Shown: positions 35,845 to 49,140 of the stretch, one piece after another
Position numbering within the stretch: position 1 is the stretch's first letter
Layout of the letters: the number at the start of each line of letters is the position of its first letter
Source: Paraspadella gotoi
Lineage: Eukaryota > Animalia > Chaetognatha
DNA: 53,511 bases
Reading direction: 5' to 3'
Assembly: GCA_051294375.1 (NCBI GenBank)
Contig: JBJCIZ010000622.1
Location: 1-53,511, forward strand
Position numbers and translations under genes: made by a program
The notes under the pieces: model-generated
The model's database searches: none
What the model saw: only the letters and a program-made list of their open reading frames with translations
Told to the model about the DNA's origin: nothing

Positions 35845-37231
35845 AGTTTCCATAGTAAAAGTTGAACAAAAAAAGTTAGAAAAAAAAGGTTAGTAGTAGT
35901 TAGTGAATATTTATTTTGCCATCTTGTCTTAGGCGTCTCGTGATTTGAGAAAAAATCGTTTTGCAAAAAAAAATTTTAAAAAAAATCTGAAAGAAGTCTT
36001 TCCGTCCTAACTAATCATGATTTATGTCAAAAGGAGGATTTCTCTCGTCTTGTTGCGAACAAAACTGTATGATCCCGATAATCCAATTTCGTCATTTTTC
36101 ACAGCAGGGATTTGCTTTTTCATCCTCATTGATTTTTGAAGTTAAACCTACTTCATTTGTCGCGTTAAAAATATTTTTTGTATGTTACGCTTATGTCTCT
36201 ATCCCCGTCTCTTTCCTCTCTCCGTTTTCTCTCTCTCTCTCTCTATCTCCATTTTCTCCCGGTATTTATGACCAGAAACACGTGTGTTGCATTTCTTTCT
36301 TTAGTCGGGTTTTCCTTCACTGGCGGTTTTATTTATTGAAGCTTCGCCCCTTTCAAGGCTGAAGACCATAACTCTGTGATCCCACCTTTTCCTTGAAGCA
36401 AATCCGTTGTCTCATTCTCTGAAGGGCGCGGGAGGCAGAAAGCTTTGGGTTCCCCCCAATCTCCGGAAGGGGAAGGGGAAGGAGCTCGGTGGGGAGGAAC
36501 AATTGTGGTTTTTTTTCCATCATTGTTTGAAAAATGCACATTTACGTTATCATCAATGTAAAATTCTAAATATCTTTAAAATTTATTGTTCGGTCTAATG
36601 ATTCTCTGACAAACTTTTTGAGAGTTATTTAGTCAAACTACCGGGAGACGAAAGCTACCCCGTGAGCCAAATCCGAAGATACAAGAGAAAAATTAATTAT
36701 ACGTAAACTATACGAAAAATTTATAGCACCAATTGAAAGAAAAATCATTGACGTTTTTAAAAGGTTCAAAACATTGCTTAAAAACGCTTTAAAACATTCT
36801 CAAAATGCTATCAAAACCAGTAAAAAAAACTCAGCATCGCTAGAAAAAATTCTTCTTCGTGGAGCAAAAAACCTTGTCCAAAAGCAGCTCTAATTTTTTA
36901 CCATTACAAAAATCGAATGCTCATAACAACTTTGGTTTCTGCTTACATACCTTTCTAGTTCTAAATCAACAAAAGAAAAAAATAAGATTTTAAATGTTAG
37001 AACCTCTTAAACTTATTTTTCCTGAAAAATTAAGATAAAAAACTTTTATGCAGTGGATACTGTGAATCAATGGTCACTCTACCTCCATTGGCTTCCCAAG
37101 ACGCCAAGCTTTCGAAATCTGCCCATATTGACATAATTTGTTTTGGCCTTGACTATGCAGTTTTGAATAGAAGTAAAATATAAAGGAATCTTGATCGGAG
37201 CTTCGATTCGAACGATGCGCATCTCTAATAT

Positions 37232-37553
37232 ATCCTTGTATTTTGATGCTAGTGCGGAGTACAATAAGTATTCCCCGATCTAATACTTAAGGGAGTGGTC
37301 TTTTCAAATTTCATACAATTGAAACATTCTTTGAAATATTTTCCACTTCATTGATAGGGAAGCCAGGTACTCTGAGAGTGAATAAACGAGACTGTGAGAG
37401 AGTCTTGATTGAAAGCTTGTAGGGACCTGCTATGTCATTATCTTGTAAGAGTGATGGAGGCCTTAAACCACCAAAGCCTGTCCAAAGTCAGGGGCAAGAT
37501 AGCTTATTTATTAAATGAATGGATAATTTTATATTGGTTGTACCAATTTCATA
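37232..37553 (+). repeat. Copy of the 32760-33325 repeat unit
   Basis: Shared ttaagggagtggtcttttc...gggaagccaggtactctg...ccaaagtcaggggcaagatag. Confidence 0.85.
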
Positions 37554-37599
37554 AGTGTCAGATGGAAAGGTTGGAAATTATGATTATATAATCAAAACA

Positions 37600-37710
<111 letters not shown>

Positions 37711-38895
37711 CCTAATTCGGTTTCCTCCCGAAATGACCGGTGCCTACACCCTCTGGCTTCTTTTCATGGGGACCTAAATTTTTCTTCGGTTTTTACTCTC
37801 GCCCTCGAACCAAATTGCCATTCAAAGGAAAACATCGAAAATGGCCAACGAAAATAAAAACAAAAATAAACAAAACCAAACGATTGCCATGGTCAGCACT
37901 CAGCACTCAGCACTCAGCACTCAGCAGTCAGAACTCGGTCGGAGGTGGTGTCTAAAAGATCAAATGGAGAAATAGAATTTCCTCCATGATAAAATGATTA
38001 CTCGAATGAATTTTTTAGTTAAATAATGACGAATGACGTGTTTTAAACAAAATTAAAATCTTAATTTACAAATAGAGGCGAAAAATTTGATGTTTTATTC
38101 TTTATTTTAGAGACAAAAAAAAACATATTCGTATTTTGATAAAACGTTAAAAAAATGAAACAAAATAAAATGTCTTTATCAATGTCCGTTCGTCAATTCG
38201 CAGTTATGCAAGTGCTAGAAACACACAGGCAAAATAAAAAAATATTCAATGAAGGAAAAAATGAATTAGTCGAACACAATGGAGCAAAAAATTTTAAATT
38301 CAAGACAGGCCCTTAAAAGCAACAATGAGTTGTGCGGCAAAAGAAATGAATTGGGATTTTGTCATATTAGGTATTCCACTGGCGTGTCTATAATTTCTTT
38401 GAGAAGAAAGACATCGGATTAAATTCCGTTACAACTAAAGAAAATAAAAAATCTAACATATTTGAAAATTCGATATTTTTTAAAAGTCTGAAATGATGCG
38501 CATTTTGTTGTGTGAGGTTTTTTCCTACTCTGAATGAGAGATAAAGGGAAAGATAGATGTAGGAACTTGAAGTAGTAAAATAAAAAAAAAGAAGCAACAT
38601 AAAGTGCGCTCTCCAATTTTGCATTAGTTCAATCAAGATGGCAGACAAAGCAACAACAACAACAGCCTCTGAAACGTTTCGAGAAATTCCCCAACGGCGT
38701 CTTTCATCTCGTTTACTTCGGCGCCGCAAATAATCATCAAAGAGACTTGCCGACAGTTCTGCGCACCTGATAAAGGTTTGGTTAAATAAAAAACTGCACT
38801 AAAAAAAAAAATAGAAAGATAAGAAAATAAAAAGAGAAATAAGATGAGAAGTAAGAAATTAAAAAAAAAAGAAGGCAATACAACAAGAAAAAAAG

Positions 38896-38897
38896 GA

Positions 38898-38972
<75 letters not shown>
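38896..38972. repeat. (GAAA)n microsatellite
   Basis: Perfect tetranucleotide array. Confidence 0.95.
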
Positions 38973-38977
<5 letters not shown>

Positions 38978-39008
38978 ATGAAAAAAGAAAAAAGGGAAAA
39001 AAGACAAG

Positions 39009-39467
39009 AAACAAGTTTGAGCAAACAATGTCGGATCTGCCCACGATCATTAATAATTAATTTATTAAAGTAAATTAATTAATTAATTAGACAATCTATT
39101 ATTTTGATCAAATATGTTTGTTTTGATTGATTTATTGACTGATAAATTAATTATTGATTAATTAATATTTTTCCATTTAAACTCATTTTCACTCAAACGA
39201 TTCCATCGAAACTTGATTTCCAGCTTAACCACACATTTTTCTACCCACATACAAAATTTCAAGTCAATCGCCCCATACAATCATGAGTAATTGGCGCTCA
39301 AAGCTAAGGGGGGATGGATGGATGGACGAACATCAATTTTTTTGCATAATTTATCATAATTCGATGTTCTGACATGATTTAAGTGACTTACTGAAAAAAT
39401 TTAGGGCGGACCGACAGACCGACAAAGTGAATGATAGAGCCGGAATCTGCTGTAAGCAGATCCGGCT
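39009..39467 (-). mobile_element. Complete short HINE family A element
   Basis: Minus strand: T-run, agccggatctgc-ttaca-gcagattccggct-ctat, GTCY repeats, one module, then gcagatccgac plus gtttgctcaaac hairpin. Confidence 0.8.
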
Positions 39468-40432
39468 AAAAAAAAGCGGCGCAAAAAAAGAAATGGCGAA
39501 GAAGAAGGAAAAGGAAAAAAAAGTAATGAAAGAGAGAAGAGAAGCGGTTTCCTCCATTTCCTGTTTTCTCGGGTTTTTTCTCTGGAATTGAGTTCATGAC
39601 AAAAAAGACAGAGACGCCGATGGCGGGATTCTTGCCGCGGGTCAACCCCGACGCGAATATTGGCCCGGGAAAAAAATGTATGTCAGGCGAAGTATGACTG
39701 TTTTGTTAGTTTGCTTTTATATAAAACTAAAAGGCTTGACTGTTCTGAATTTCATCGTCGCCAATCACTACAAAGAATAAAGAGCTGCGCTTTCAATCGC
39801 GTAGCGAAAAAAATTGCTTTTGTCTTCATGATTTCTTAATAATATTTTTTGTTATAATGGGAGAAAAAAAAACTTAAACAAGTTAGTTTTCAAACGAATG
39901 ATTGCAAAATTAGAAGATATTACAAGAGAAAAAACTGAGAATCATAGAAACATAAAAAAAAACCCAACTTGCTATCAGCCCGAAAAAATTCCCAGTGTGG
40001 TTATTAATGGTGAAGTATTTATTGCTGCTATCTTTTCTTGGGATTTTCTTTTTCTCTCCTTTTCACTCCTAAGTCTTTAGTCTCATTTTTTTTGGTTTCC
40101 TTCTCTCGAATCATGCGTTTTTATTTTTCCAGATTATCGCCAACTCTTTTTCGGAAAAAAAAACTTTATTCGGAAAAAAAAATAAAAAGAAAAAAAAAGA
40201 ACGAATGAAAAAGTTTATTCATTTTGATGCTTGTTTCTTTTTTTGATTGGATAGTTTCTTGATTTCAATCATTCATCCCTCTTTCCTATCTTTCTCTCTC
40301 GGAATCTTATTTCCCCACAAATATCATTTTCTCCACTTCAATTACTTCCAAGTTCCAAAAGTTTTCTCTTCCAGTGTTACCCAAGAATAGAATTCGCTTG
40401 AAGTTTAAGACACAATGAAAAATGGCGTAACG

Positions 40433-42731
40433 TTACTGTTCTGTGCATAAAAAAAATTCACTGTTCAATATTATTATATTTCTTTTTATTTTTTGAAATG
40501 TTATAGTTTCATATGTTGATATGCAAAATATCAATGCAAAATCTTTTTTTTGTTTTTTAGATATGACTGAATATATGGTGAAAGATGATAAATTTCTTTA
40601 AAAAGTTACTTATTCATATTTATTCATAGATTTGTATTAGATGAAAATAAAAAAAATTAATAGTACCAATAGTTAGTGTTATGTCTCAAATAGATAGAAA
40701 AAAAACCTCATTTAAAAATTTGATCGGTTAGTGGGGTAACTATGGCTTACCAATAGCATCCTCCACGCCGCTCCAAGGGAAAAAAAGAAAATTTGGAATG
40801 CACGTTACAGAAAGGGTACAGATAATGAACTTACTGACATGATAACCATGACCTTTTATATCTTATGAAATGGAGGCAGTAAAGAAATCTAAAAAAGTCG
40901 ATCATTAAGTCAGTCAATGAACCCTTTCCAATGGGCTATTACAAGAAATATATTTTCTTAATTTAAATGGATGATAAATAATAGAATTAAATTCCTTGCT
41001 ATATTTAAAAAAATTATCAACACAATTTAACATAATGATGTCGTGCTTTATCAAATATGTTGCCAGCTATGAAATTGGTACAACCAATATAAAAATTATC
41101 CATTCATTTAATAAATAAGCTATCTTGCCCCTGACTTTGGACAGGCTTTGGTGGTTTAAGGTAAATTTTTTAAAACTTTATTATGATAAACAAGCAGTCT
41201 GTCAAGCTTTTTCTTTGCAGTTAAAGATAATAAAAAATGACAATTTTTTTTCACAGACAAGAAGGTAGACATTCAGGCTGTTTATATCAAGCGATAAACA
41301 TTTTTGTATTTATCATTTTTGATATTTAAAAAAACATTTTATCAATCTACAACATAAATTTTTGTTTGTTTTTTACTTTAACTGAAAAATATAAGCAATT
41401 TTATAGAATAAAAAAAATTTAATAGTAATCAAAATGTAATTCAGTCTTTTATTTTTCAAATTACAAAAGAAAAATAAAAGATTTTACATGCCTTCATTGA
41501 AATTTTTAAAGCAAAAAACTGTTATACTTTTAACTCTGATTTAAACAAAAGCTGCGTAAAGATTTATGGATTTAATTTAAAGGAAAAACGAAATTTTTTC
41601 GCGCTTTAACAACATTTATTTTTTTATGTAATGGACAAGTTTTGACTCTAGTTTTCGAGTCTTTTCGTTTTTCCTTTAATCTATTTCAAACAACAAACGA
41701 AAGGATTATCACAAAGGATTTAATTTAATAAAACTTTTTTAGAAAGGTGTCCCATGATTAGGGCTTTAATTTGATACCACACCCACCTTGCTCCCTCTTT
41801 TCTTTCAAAAGTTATTTAAAAAAATATTTTTTAAATGACGCTGTACAAATCTTTGTTAAATAAAAATTTCGGCAAAGCAGGAGTATCTCACTTATTTCTA
41901 TTGGTACAATACTTAAATTTCAAAATAAAAAAAATTTTTCGTTATTTAGATACATATCACTTTCAGATATACCCATCGTATAACAATTTATTTATTTATT
42001 TCCCCCAACAAAGCCTAATTAGAAAAGTTGAGATTTTTTAAAATTGTTGAAAAAAAAGTTTGTCTAACCTATGCTCATTGAGAATAATGGTTTTGAATTT
42101 TTTTTCCTAACTCAAAATCCATTATTCTCAAATTTCAAAATATTTTTTTTCAAAATCATACAATAAATTTTTTTTAATTAATTTAAAAGGTTTTTATGAT
42201 GTTGTTTTTGTTTGAAAGAATTGAAAAAAAGTGAAAAATACAATAATTATATAAGGTTTTTGAAAATACCCCTAAAATATTAGATAATTAGACACAAGGG
42301 GAGTAAGCAGAGAAAACTTCCCATTCATAAAAAAAATTAAAAATGAATTTGTCATATTGTTATTTAGATTAATTGACTAATTACAAGCTAATGCTTCATA
42401 TAAATTGAAGAAATGATGGGTAAAAAATATTCATCTTGGTCTCGGTTAACTATTAAGTTATCATTAAAGTTTTGTTTTAATAATATTAATATTCTTTTTA
42501 TATTTATAAAGGCAATAGTCTAAAATTTTGTAAGCGTTTCGAGCTATATTGCTTTATATTTTTTACTATTTTTGATCTAGTTAGCTTTTTTGTTGATGGT
42601 CAAGGGCTATGGTCAGTAGTGTATATCGCAAATATTACCAAAAATAACAATTAATTAATTTGGCTCAGAAACAATTTTAAAGGGACAAAATCAGCACGAG
42701 ACCGTTTAGCCACGTTATTTTTCATTATGTC
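40433..42731 (+). repeat. ~2.2-kb dispersed repeat, copy 2, with two small insertions
   Basis: Colinear with 28673-30903; insertions at 41068-41161 and 41581-41715. Confidence 0.9.
41581..41715 (+). mobile_element. 135-bp mini Penelope-type insertion with 13-bp TSD
   Basis: TSD ggatttaatttaa (41568-41580 and 41716-41728); empty site at 29746-29758; short inverted arms; tail gaaaggattatcaca shared with 25410-25424 (reverse complement). Confidence 0.75.
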
Positions 42732-42798
42732 TTAACCGTTTCTCCAACGAACCGATTTTTACCCTCCTCTCTAAATCTTTTCCCCAGACGCCGGCGCC

Positions 42799-42850
42799 GT
42801 CTCCTTGGCAACCGCGTCGTTTCCGTGGTAACCGATAGTTTCATAACAGC
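42799..42850. promoter_or_regulatory. Cluster of RFX X-box-like motifs in a CpG-rich patch
   Basis: GTCTCCTTGGCAAC (42799-42812), GTTTCCGTGGTAAC (42819-42832), weaker GTTTCATAACAGC (42838-42850), followed by (CT)n. Confidence 0.5.
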
Positions 42851-42878
42851 CGCCAATCTCCCGGCGACCGTTTTGCTT

Positions 42879-42939
<61 letters not shown>

Positions 42940-43650
42940 TCGATCTCTCTCAATTCTAAATCCTTAATTTTTAACTAGTCCTTAACATAACTCCTTAGCC
43001 CTAATCACAAACGAAGACATTAACCTTAAGCTTTAATCCAATCTTTAATTAAATAAATTAATCTAATACCAAATTTAAGATAAAATGAGGAGTTCTGGGA
43101 TAAAATGGCCGACGAACAAATCAAAATCTCAACTAACTCGTTACGCAACAGTTCAACGCTACGTTAAATGCCACGCGTTTTTAGCATAGTCTCCGTTCAA
43201 CCGAGACTCAGACGCCGTTTCTTTGTTAATTAGCTGGAGGGTTATCTCCTGATCGTGCCATCAGCGCATTTGGCACTCAACTAAAAAAGTGAGAATATCA
43301 TTACTTCGCACAACACCACAAAAATTATGCTCTCTCTCTCTCCCTTTTTCTCACATTGTTTCGGTATTTAATTTAAAATTCTGAGTTTAATCTAGATTGG
43401 ATTAACTGGTGGAAACGCGTAACTTTATTTTGGATTTAATTCTCGTCATAAACTCTTCCAACCATAACCCAACCCGAAATGGTTTCCTCTCTGTCAAATT
43501 TATAATCCTCGTTCCTAACTCACCTTTTTACAGAATCAAAGAAACAAGCCGCAGACTTTTTATATATAGAAGACAAAATCTTTGTCAAACTCTTTTTTTT
43601 TCTTTGTCCTTGTCCTTTATCTAGATTCCTCTATAATTTTTTTTATTTTT

Positions 43651-44900
43651 AGTCGAATCTGCTTATCAGCAGATCCCGATTCTATAATTCACTTTGTCGG
43701 TCCGTCGGTCCGCCCCCTCAATATTGTCGGGCACTAACTTATATCATGTCAGAACATCGTATTATGATAAATTATGCAAAAAAAATGAAGTACGTCCGTC
43801 CGTCCGTCCGTCCGTCTGTCCGTCCGTCCCACCTTAGCAAAAAACACCAATTACTCGTGATTGGATGGATGGATTTGAATGATATTTTGTGTGTGGGTAG
43901 AGAAGTGTGTGATTGAGCTGGATATAACGTTTCGATGGAATCGTCCGAGTTGAAATGAGTTTAAATGGAAAAAACAAAAAAAATATAATTCACTATTTGA
44001 ACACCAATTGCTCATGAGTGGATGGGGCGATTGACCTGAAAATTTGCATGTGAGTAGGAAAGTATGTGATTGAACAGGAAACCAAGTTTCGATGGAATCG
44101 TTTGAGTGGAAATGAGTTTAAATGGAAAAAACAAAAAACCTGTTTCACTAATTGATTATTATTTTTTTCCTTTTATATTAAATGTATATGCAGGATGTAT
44201 TAATAAATCAAATAATTAATCAGTTAATTAATCAATTAGTCAATTAATTAATCACTAATTAATTAATCAGTCAACAATCCGTCCATCCGTCCCACCTTAG
44301 CAAAAAGCCCAAATAACTCGTGATTGGCTGGTTGGATCGGAATGAAATTTTGTGTATGGGTAGGAACATGTGTGATGAAGCTGGATATAAAGTTTCGACG
44401 GAATCGTGTGAGTGGATATGAGTTTAAATGGAAAAAACATAAGTCGCATTTACTAAAATCTTTTTACTTATTTTAACCAATAAATACTTTAATTAATCAT
44501 AATTGGATGGATAGATTGAGTTCAAATTTTGTGTGTGGGTAGGAAAATGTGTGACGAAGCTTGATATAAAGTTTCGGTACGAGTTGAAATGAGTTTAAAT
44601 GAAAAAAATATGAGTCACATTTACTTGTTTTACTTATTTTTTTTTAACTTATTTTAACCTATAATAGATTGAGATGAAATTTTGTGAGCAGGAAGGAAAG
44701 TTTGTGAAGAGGCTAGATATAAAGTTTTGACGGAATTGTGCCAGTGGATAACTGTCCTGACTCAATTTTAAGGACATCGATGATCATAAGCTGTATATAA
44801 ATTTATAATTAATTATTAAATATTAAAATTAATTAATTAATTAATCGATTAATTAATTAATTTTCGTAGGCAGATCCGACATTGTTTGCTCAAACTTGTT
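43651..44900 (+). mobile_element. Complete HINE/DINE-1-like element, family A (~1.25 kb)
   Basis: Follows a T-run. 5' subTIR plus IR agtcgaatctgc-ttatca-gcagatcccga; (GTCC)n at 43794-43828; about 5 tandem modules; 3' subTIR gcagatccgac and hairpin gtttgctcaaac before TT. Confidence 0.85.
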
Positions 44901-45278
44901 TTGTCAGAACGTTTTACTTTTTTTTTCCATATTTTTTGACACGCTAAACGTTTCTCTGATTACGCAAAATATCATGTAAGCAATATGAAATTAATATAAC
45001 CAATAGTTAGAATTATGTCTCGAATAGATGGAAAAAAATCCTCGTTTAAAAATTCCATCGGGAAGTGGGGTAACTATGGATTACGAATAACATCCTCCAC
45101 ACTGATCGTTCTCTAAATAATTTTTTTTATTTAATACATTTGAAAGGGAAAAAAAGAAAATTCAGAATGCAAGTTGCAGAAAGCGTACAGATAATCTGGA
45201 CATACTGACACGATAATCATGACCTTTTATGTCTTGTGAAATGGGGGCTGTTAAATTTTTATTTGTTACGAGATAGTC

Positions 45279-45709
45279 TCTCGGTTGTTTGATGCCTTTT
45301 TTATTACTTAATTCGTATTTTTGTTGCTTACGAAGTATCTGATTGATCAAGTATTTTAAACGTCGCTCTCTGATTGGTTAGTCCTTATGATTGTGCCTTA
45401 ACCAAAGATATAAAAGAGATGTGCTTACCTAAAACTAAGAGGATAAGTTACCAATGATTCGTGACAGTCGGTAAGCATTTAAAATGATATTTTGTAATTT
45501 ATGGTAAAACTTAAAGTTGACTATTTTTAATAAGTTCTTATTTTTTTGTATATCTTTAGAAATAGTCTCCCTTCTACTTGCTTCACGTCTCACGCTCATG
45601 TTATATCTACTACAATAGATATTACTAAATTTACATTCTTCAAATCTCTATAAATAAATAGCAAGTCAGAAAACACTAGCTCGCTCACGGCGTAACGGTA
45701 AAATCCTCA
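45279..45709 (+). mobile_element. ~430-bp dispersed element
   Basis: Near-identical to 23967-24420; absent from the other copies of the host repeat. Confidence 0.75.
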
Positions 45710-46401
45710 AAAGGGGCAGTAAAGAAACCTAAAAAATTCTATCATTAAGTCAGTCCATGAACCCTTTCCAATTGGCTATTCCGCGAATTTTATTTTCTTA
45801 ATTAAAATGGATGATAAATAATAGAATTAAATTCCTAGTATAAAGGTTGTTATATTTAAAATAAAATTAGCAATACAAATAAACACAATGTCTTGCTTTG
45901 TCAAATATGTTGCCAGCTATGTAATTTTATAATGATAAACGAGCAGTGTGTCAAGCTTTTTGTTTGCAGTTAAAGATAAAGAAAAATGACGATTTTTTTT
46001 TCACAGAGAAGAAGGTAGACATCCAGACTGTTTATATCAAGCTGAAAACATTTTTTATATTTATCATTTTTAATATTTAAAAATACATTTTATCAAGCTA
46101 TTACAACAATTTGTGCTTGTTTTTTACTTTAACTGAAAAATACAAGCAAATTTATGCAGTAGAGAAATTTTAATGGTAATCAAAATGTAATTCAGTCTTT
46201 CCTTTTTCAAATTACAAAAGAAAAATAAAAAAATTCATATGCCTTCATTATAATTTTTAATGCAAAAAACTGTTATACTTTCAACTCTAATTTAAACAAA
46301 AGCTGTGTAAATTATTATGGATAAAATATAATAAAACTATTTTAAAAAGATGTCCCATGGTTAGGGCTTTAATTGTAAACCACGCATACCTTGCTATCTG
46401 T

Positions 46402-47876
46402 AGTTCCGCATACAAACGTTGCATTTAGGCAAAAAACGACTCTATTGTTCAGTTGTTACTTACAATGTTGAATATCTTTGTGCCACAACACAAATTGGGC
46501 CGAACGAAGGATTGGTTAGAAATATCTCCACCCGTTTCTAATGATAAAAGAGTACCATTTTGATAACTTTTAGCCAAAAAAATTATGTCCATTTTTGTCC
46601 ATTTTTACTTACGACTTCTGATTTGAATACCAAGGAAAGTTGAGAAAAATTTATTATTTTGGAAATCCGTTCTTCCTTATCTTCTTTACCCCTGTGTAAA
46701 TTTATTTGCTTAAATCATTTAAAGTTTGCCTATGAATTAATTTTAAAGTTAACAAGTCAAAAAGTTGCAGTTTCAGTCTTTATCATAATTTGTTAAACAA
46801 AAATAAATAAAATTAACAGAAAATATAGCCTAATAAATAAGCTTTTAACATCCTGACAAATATTTGAAACAAAGTTTTCGTTTAGCCACAAATAATTTTT
46901 AATTTGTGACATTTTGTGACTTGCCATTTATTTTTGATAAAAGGAGTATTTTAACTCATTTATTAGTTTTAAAGGATGAGGTACATACTGACGTTATTAA
47001 AACAAAAAAACCGTAACCAATGGAAAGCGTCAGGATTTGTTTTTTTCTCAGAATCGACAGATTTTGCAGAAAATTTTCCGCAAAATCTGTCGATTTATTA
47101 AATCTGCTGGGCAACCAAAATTGAAATAAAATCCTTCATTACCGTTAATTTCTTTTTTTATAATGCATAAGAAAAGATTTTTTTATTTGGCTAATTGTAA
47201 ATGTAGTGATAGGAAAACGAAAGGAGAACAAGAAAAGGAGATCGGGAGAGAATGAAGAGGGGGGAAATGGCAAAATGAGGCAGTGCGAAAAAAATAGTGA
47301 GACAAATAAAAGGTAGGAAAAGAGGAAAAATGGAAAGAAAAGAGGGGAAAAGAAAGGGAAAGAATGAAGAGAAAAAAGGTGAGGAAAGGTGGAAGAGGGT
47401 GGCAAAAAAGGTAGGGCCAAAAAAATGGTAATTGTGGCGTGAGAAGTAGGGGGAGAAGAGGGAAAGAAAATACAATAAAGAGAAGAAAAAGATGAAGAAA
47501 AAGAATCAGGAAAGGTATGAGGGGAAAAACATTGTATGAGATAATGTGGCGTCCTGACTGAATAGTTGTGTAAGTAAAAGACGTGAAGATTCTTATGAGG
47601 AATTCAATCTTTAAAAGTTATCATTACCATAAAAATTCAATCATACTTATTTCTAAAATTAAGATTTGATTGACAATCATTGAAGAAAACATGTCTTACC
47701 GTATTTTTAACTCATAGAAATTTACCTGGAAAGTACTATGTCATAAGAAGAAGATAACTATAGCCTACCGTTTTTTTAAATAAAGAAAGCTTCATTCTAA
47801 CCAATGAGATCAAGAAAGATGGTAATTATTGAAGTTCAGATTTCGTTGTCTAAAGACACGGATTGTATGCGGAACC
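46402..47876. mobile_element. 1.48-kb non-autonomous TIR DNA transposon with 4-bp TSD
   Basis: TIRs (a/g)gttccgcatacaa...tttag(g/a)caa; CTGT duplicated at 46398-46401 and 47877-47880; the host repeat resumes afterwards. Confidence 0.8.
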
Positions 47877-48375
47877 CTGTTTTCTTTCAAAGTTATTCAA
47901 GAAAATATACTTTTTACCATTACTAAGGATTTGAACTACGCAGTACAAATCTTTGTTAAATAAAAATTTTCGGCTAAGATTATATATAATCTTAGCTAAA
48001 AATTAATTAATTTTTTTTTTTCATCTAGAGACATATCACTTTCAGTTATACCCATCGCATAACTCATTTATGGTAAATGCTTGAAGAAATCAGCGAAACG
48101 TTTCTCTTTTTTTTAAATAGTTAGTACTAGCGGCGGCAGAAATCTTTAGAGAAACTTGAAAATTTATTCTGATAAATTGCCTTTTAAGGCTGAAGTTTAT
48201 GACCATATCTCGGAAACTATTGTAGGAATTTAAAACTGTTTAGGGAAACAAAAATGCAACGTTCGAAGGCAGAGATTTCGACATCCGAGTCGTAAGTTTC
48301 CCGATTCGTGATGGAACGTCGCAACGCACGACGATTTAATAACGAAAGAAGAAAGCAGAATATCTGGAACTTTTT

Positions 48376-49100
48376 ATCCGGAGCCTTGACCGGCCGAAGC
48401 CGGGTCAGGCTCTATAATGTCTTTAGGGTTGCTTCTTTGTGACGTTAGTCACTCTGGTACGATCGTTTCGTTTTTTGAAAAATTCTGATTATTTTTTTCC
48501 TTCCAAAACTTTTATTATCGCCATTTATTCCGGGCTTTTTTTTCAATACAAAATCCCAAATTTATATCTTGAGATATAATTGGAAAGAAATTCGGTTTTT
48601 CTTTTTCTTTCTCTCTCTCTCTCTCTCTCTCCTCTCTTTCTCTCTCTTATTATTTTTTAAAAAAAATGAAGAATAACTTATAATGATATGCATTATCAAT
48701 ATATAAATCAGCTAATGTGACCTATTATATATGCAGCACTTTCGCGAATAATAATAATTGCAATGCATCACATTATAAAAAAAAAAATTTTGTTTTTATT
48801 TATTATTGCAACTTTGGACCGGTTGGCCACTATTGGCAAATTTATATCTAAAATAGGAGTTGATAAGAGAGATATAGTCAAATTAAACATTACTTTTTTG
48901 TTATTCTGATAATTTGTACTATTATTAAATTTATAAATATTTTTAGTGTATATATTAATCATTTTTAACTTTTTTTTAAATATAATTATTTGAGTTGTGA
49001 TAACTATTTATAAATTGAATTAAATATGCAAATATTAAATTTGACCTCGGTCTGGTTTCTTCCTAAAAAAAGAACAATCTTTTTCTCTCTATCTCTCTTT

Positions 49101-49140
<40 letters not shown>

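Larger units (their letters stand above)
44999..48070 (+). repeat. Partial copy 3 of the 2.2-kb repeat, interrupted by two insertions
   Basis: Matches 28897-30050, with inserts at ~45255-45709 and 46402-47876. Confidence 0.8.

Noticed and set aside
36357-36420. ggctgaagacca (also on the minus strand near 31600) as a hammerhead
   Set aside because: The CUGAAGA is not followed by a stem II-GAAA arrangement.
37083-37279. Minus-strand exon candidate (IGEYLLYSALASKYKDILEMR...) with AG/GT borders
   Set aside because: Its acceptor end lies within a repeat unit also found at 33045-33110, and no protein family is recognisable.
37893-37927. (TCAGCAC)n repeat as a regulatory array
   Set aside because: A simple short tandem repeat with no further support.
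42960-43030. Telomere-like cctta(a/g)c repeats
   Set aside because: Too short and degenerate to call interstitial telomeric sequence.
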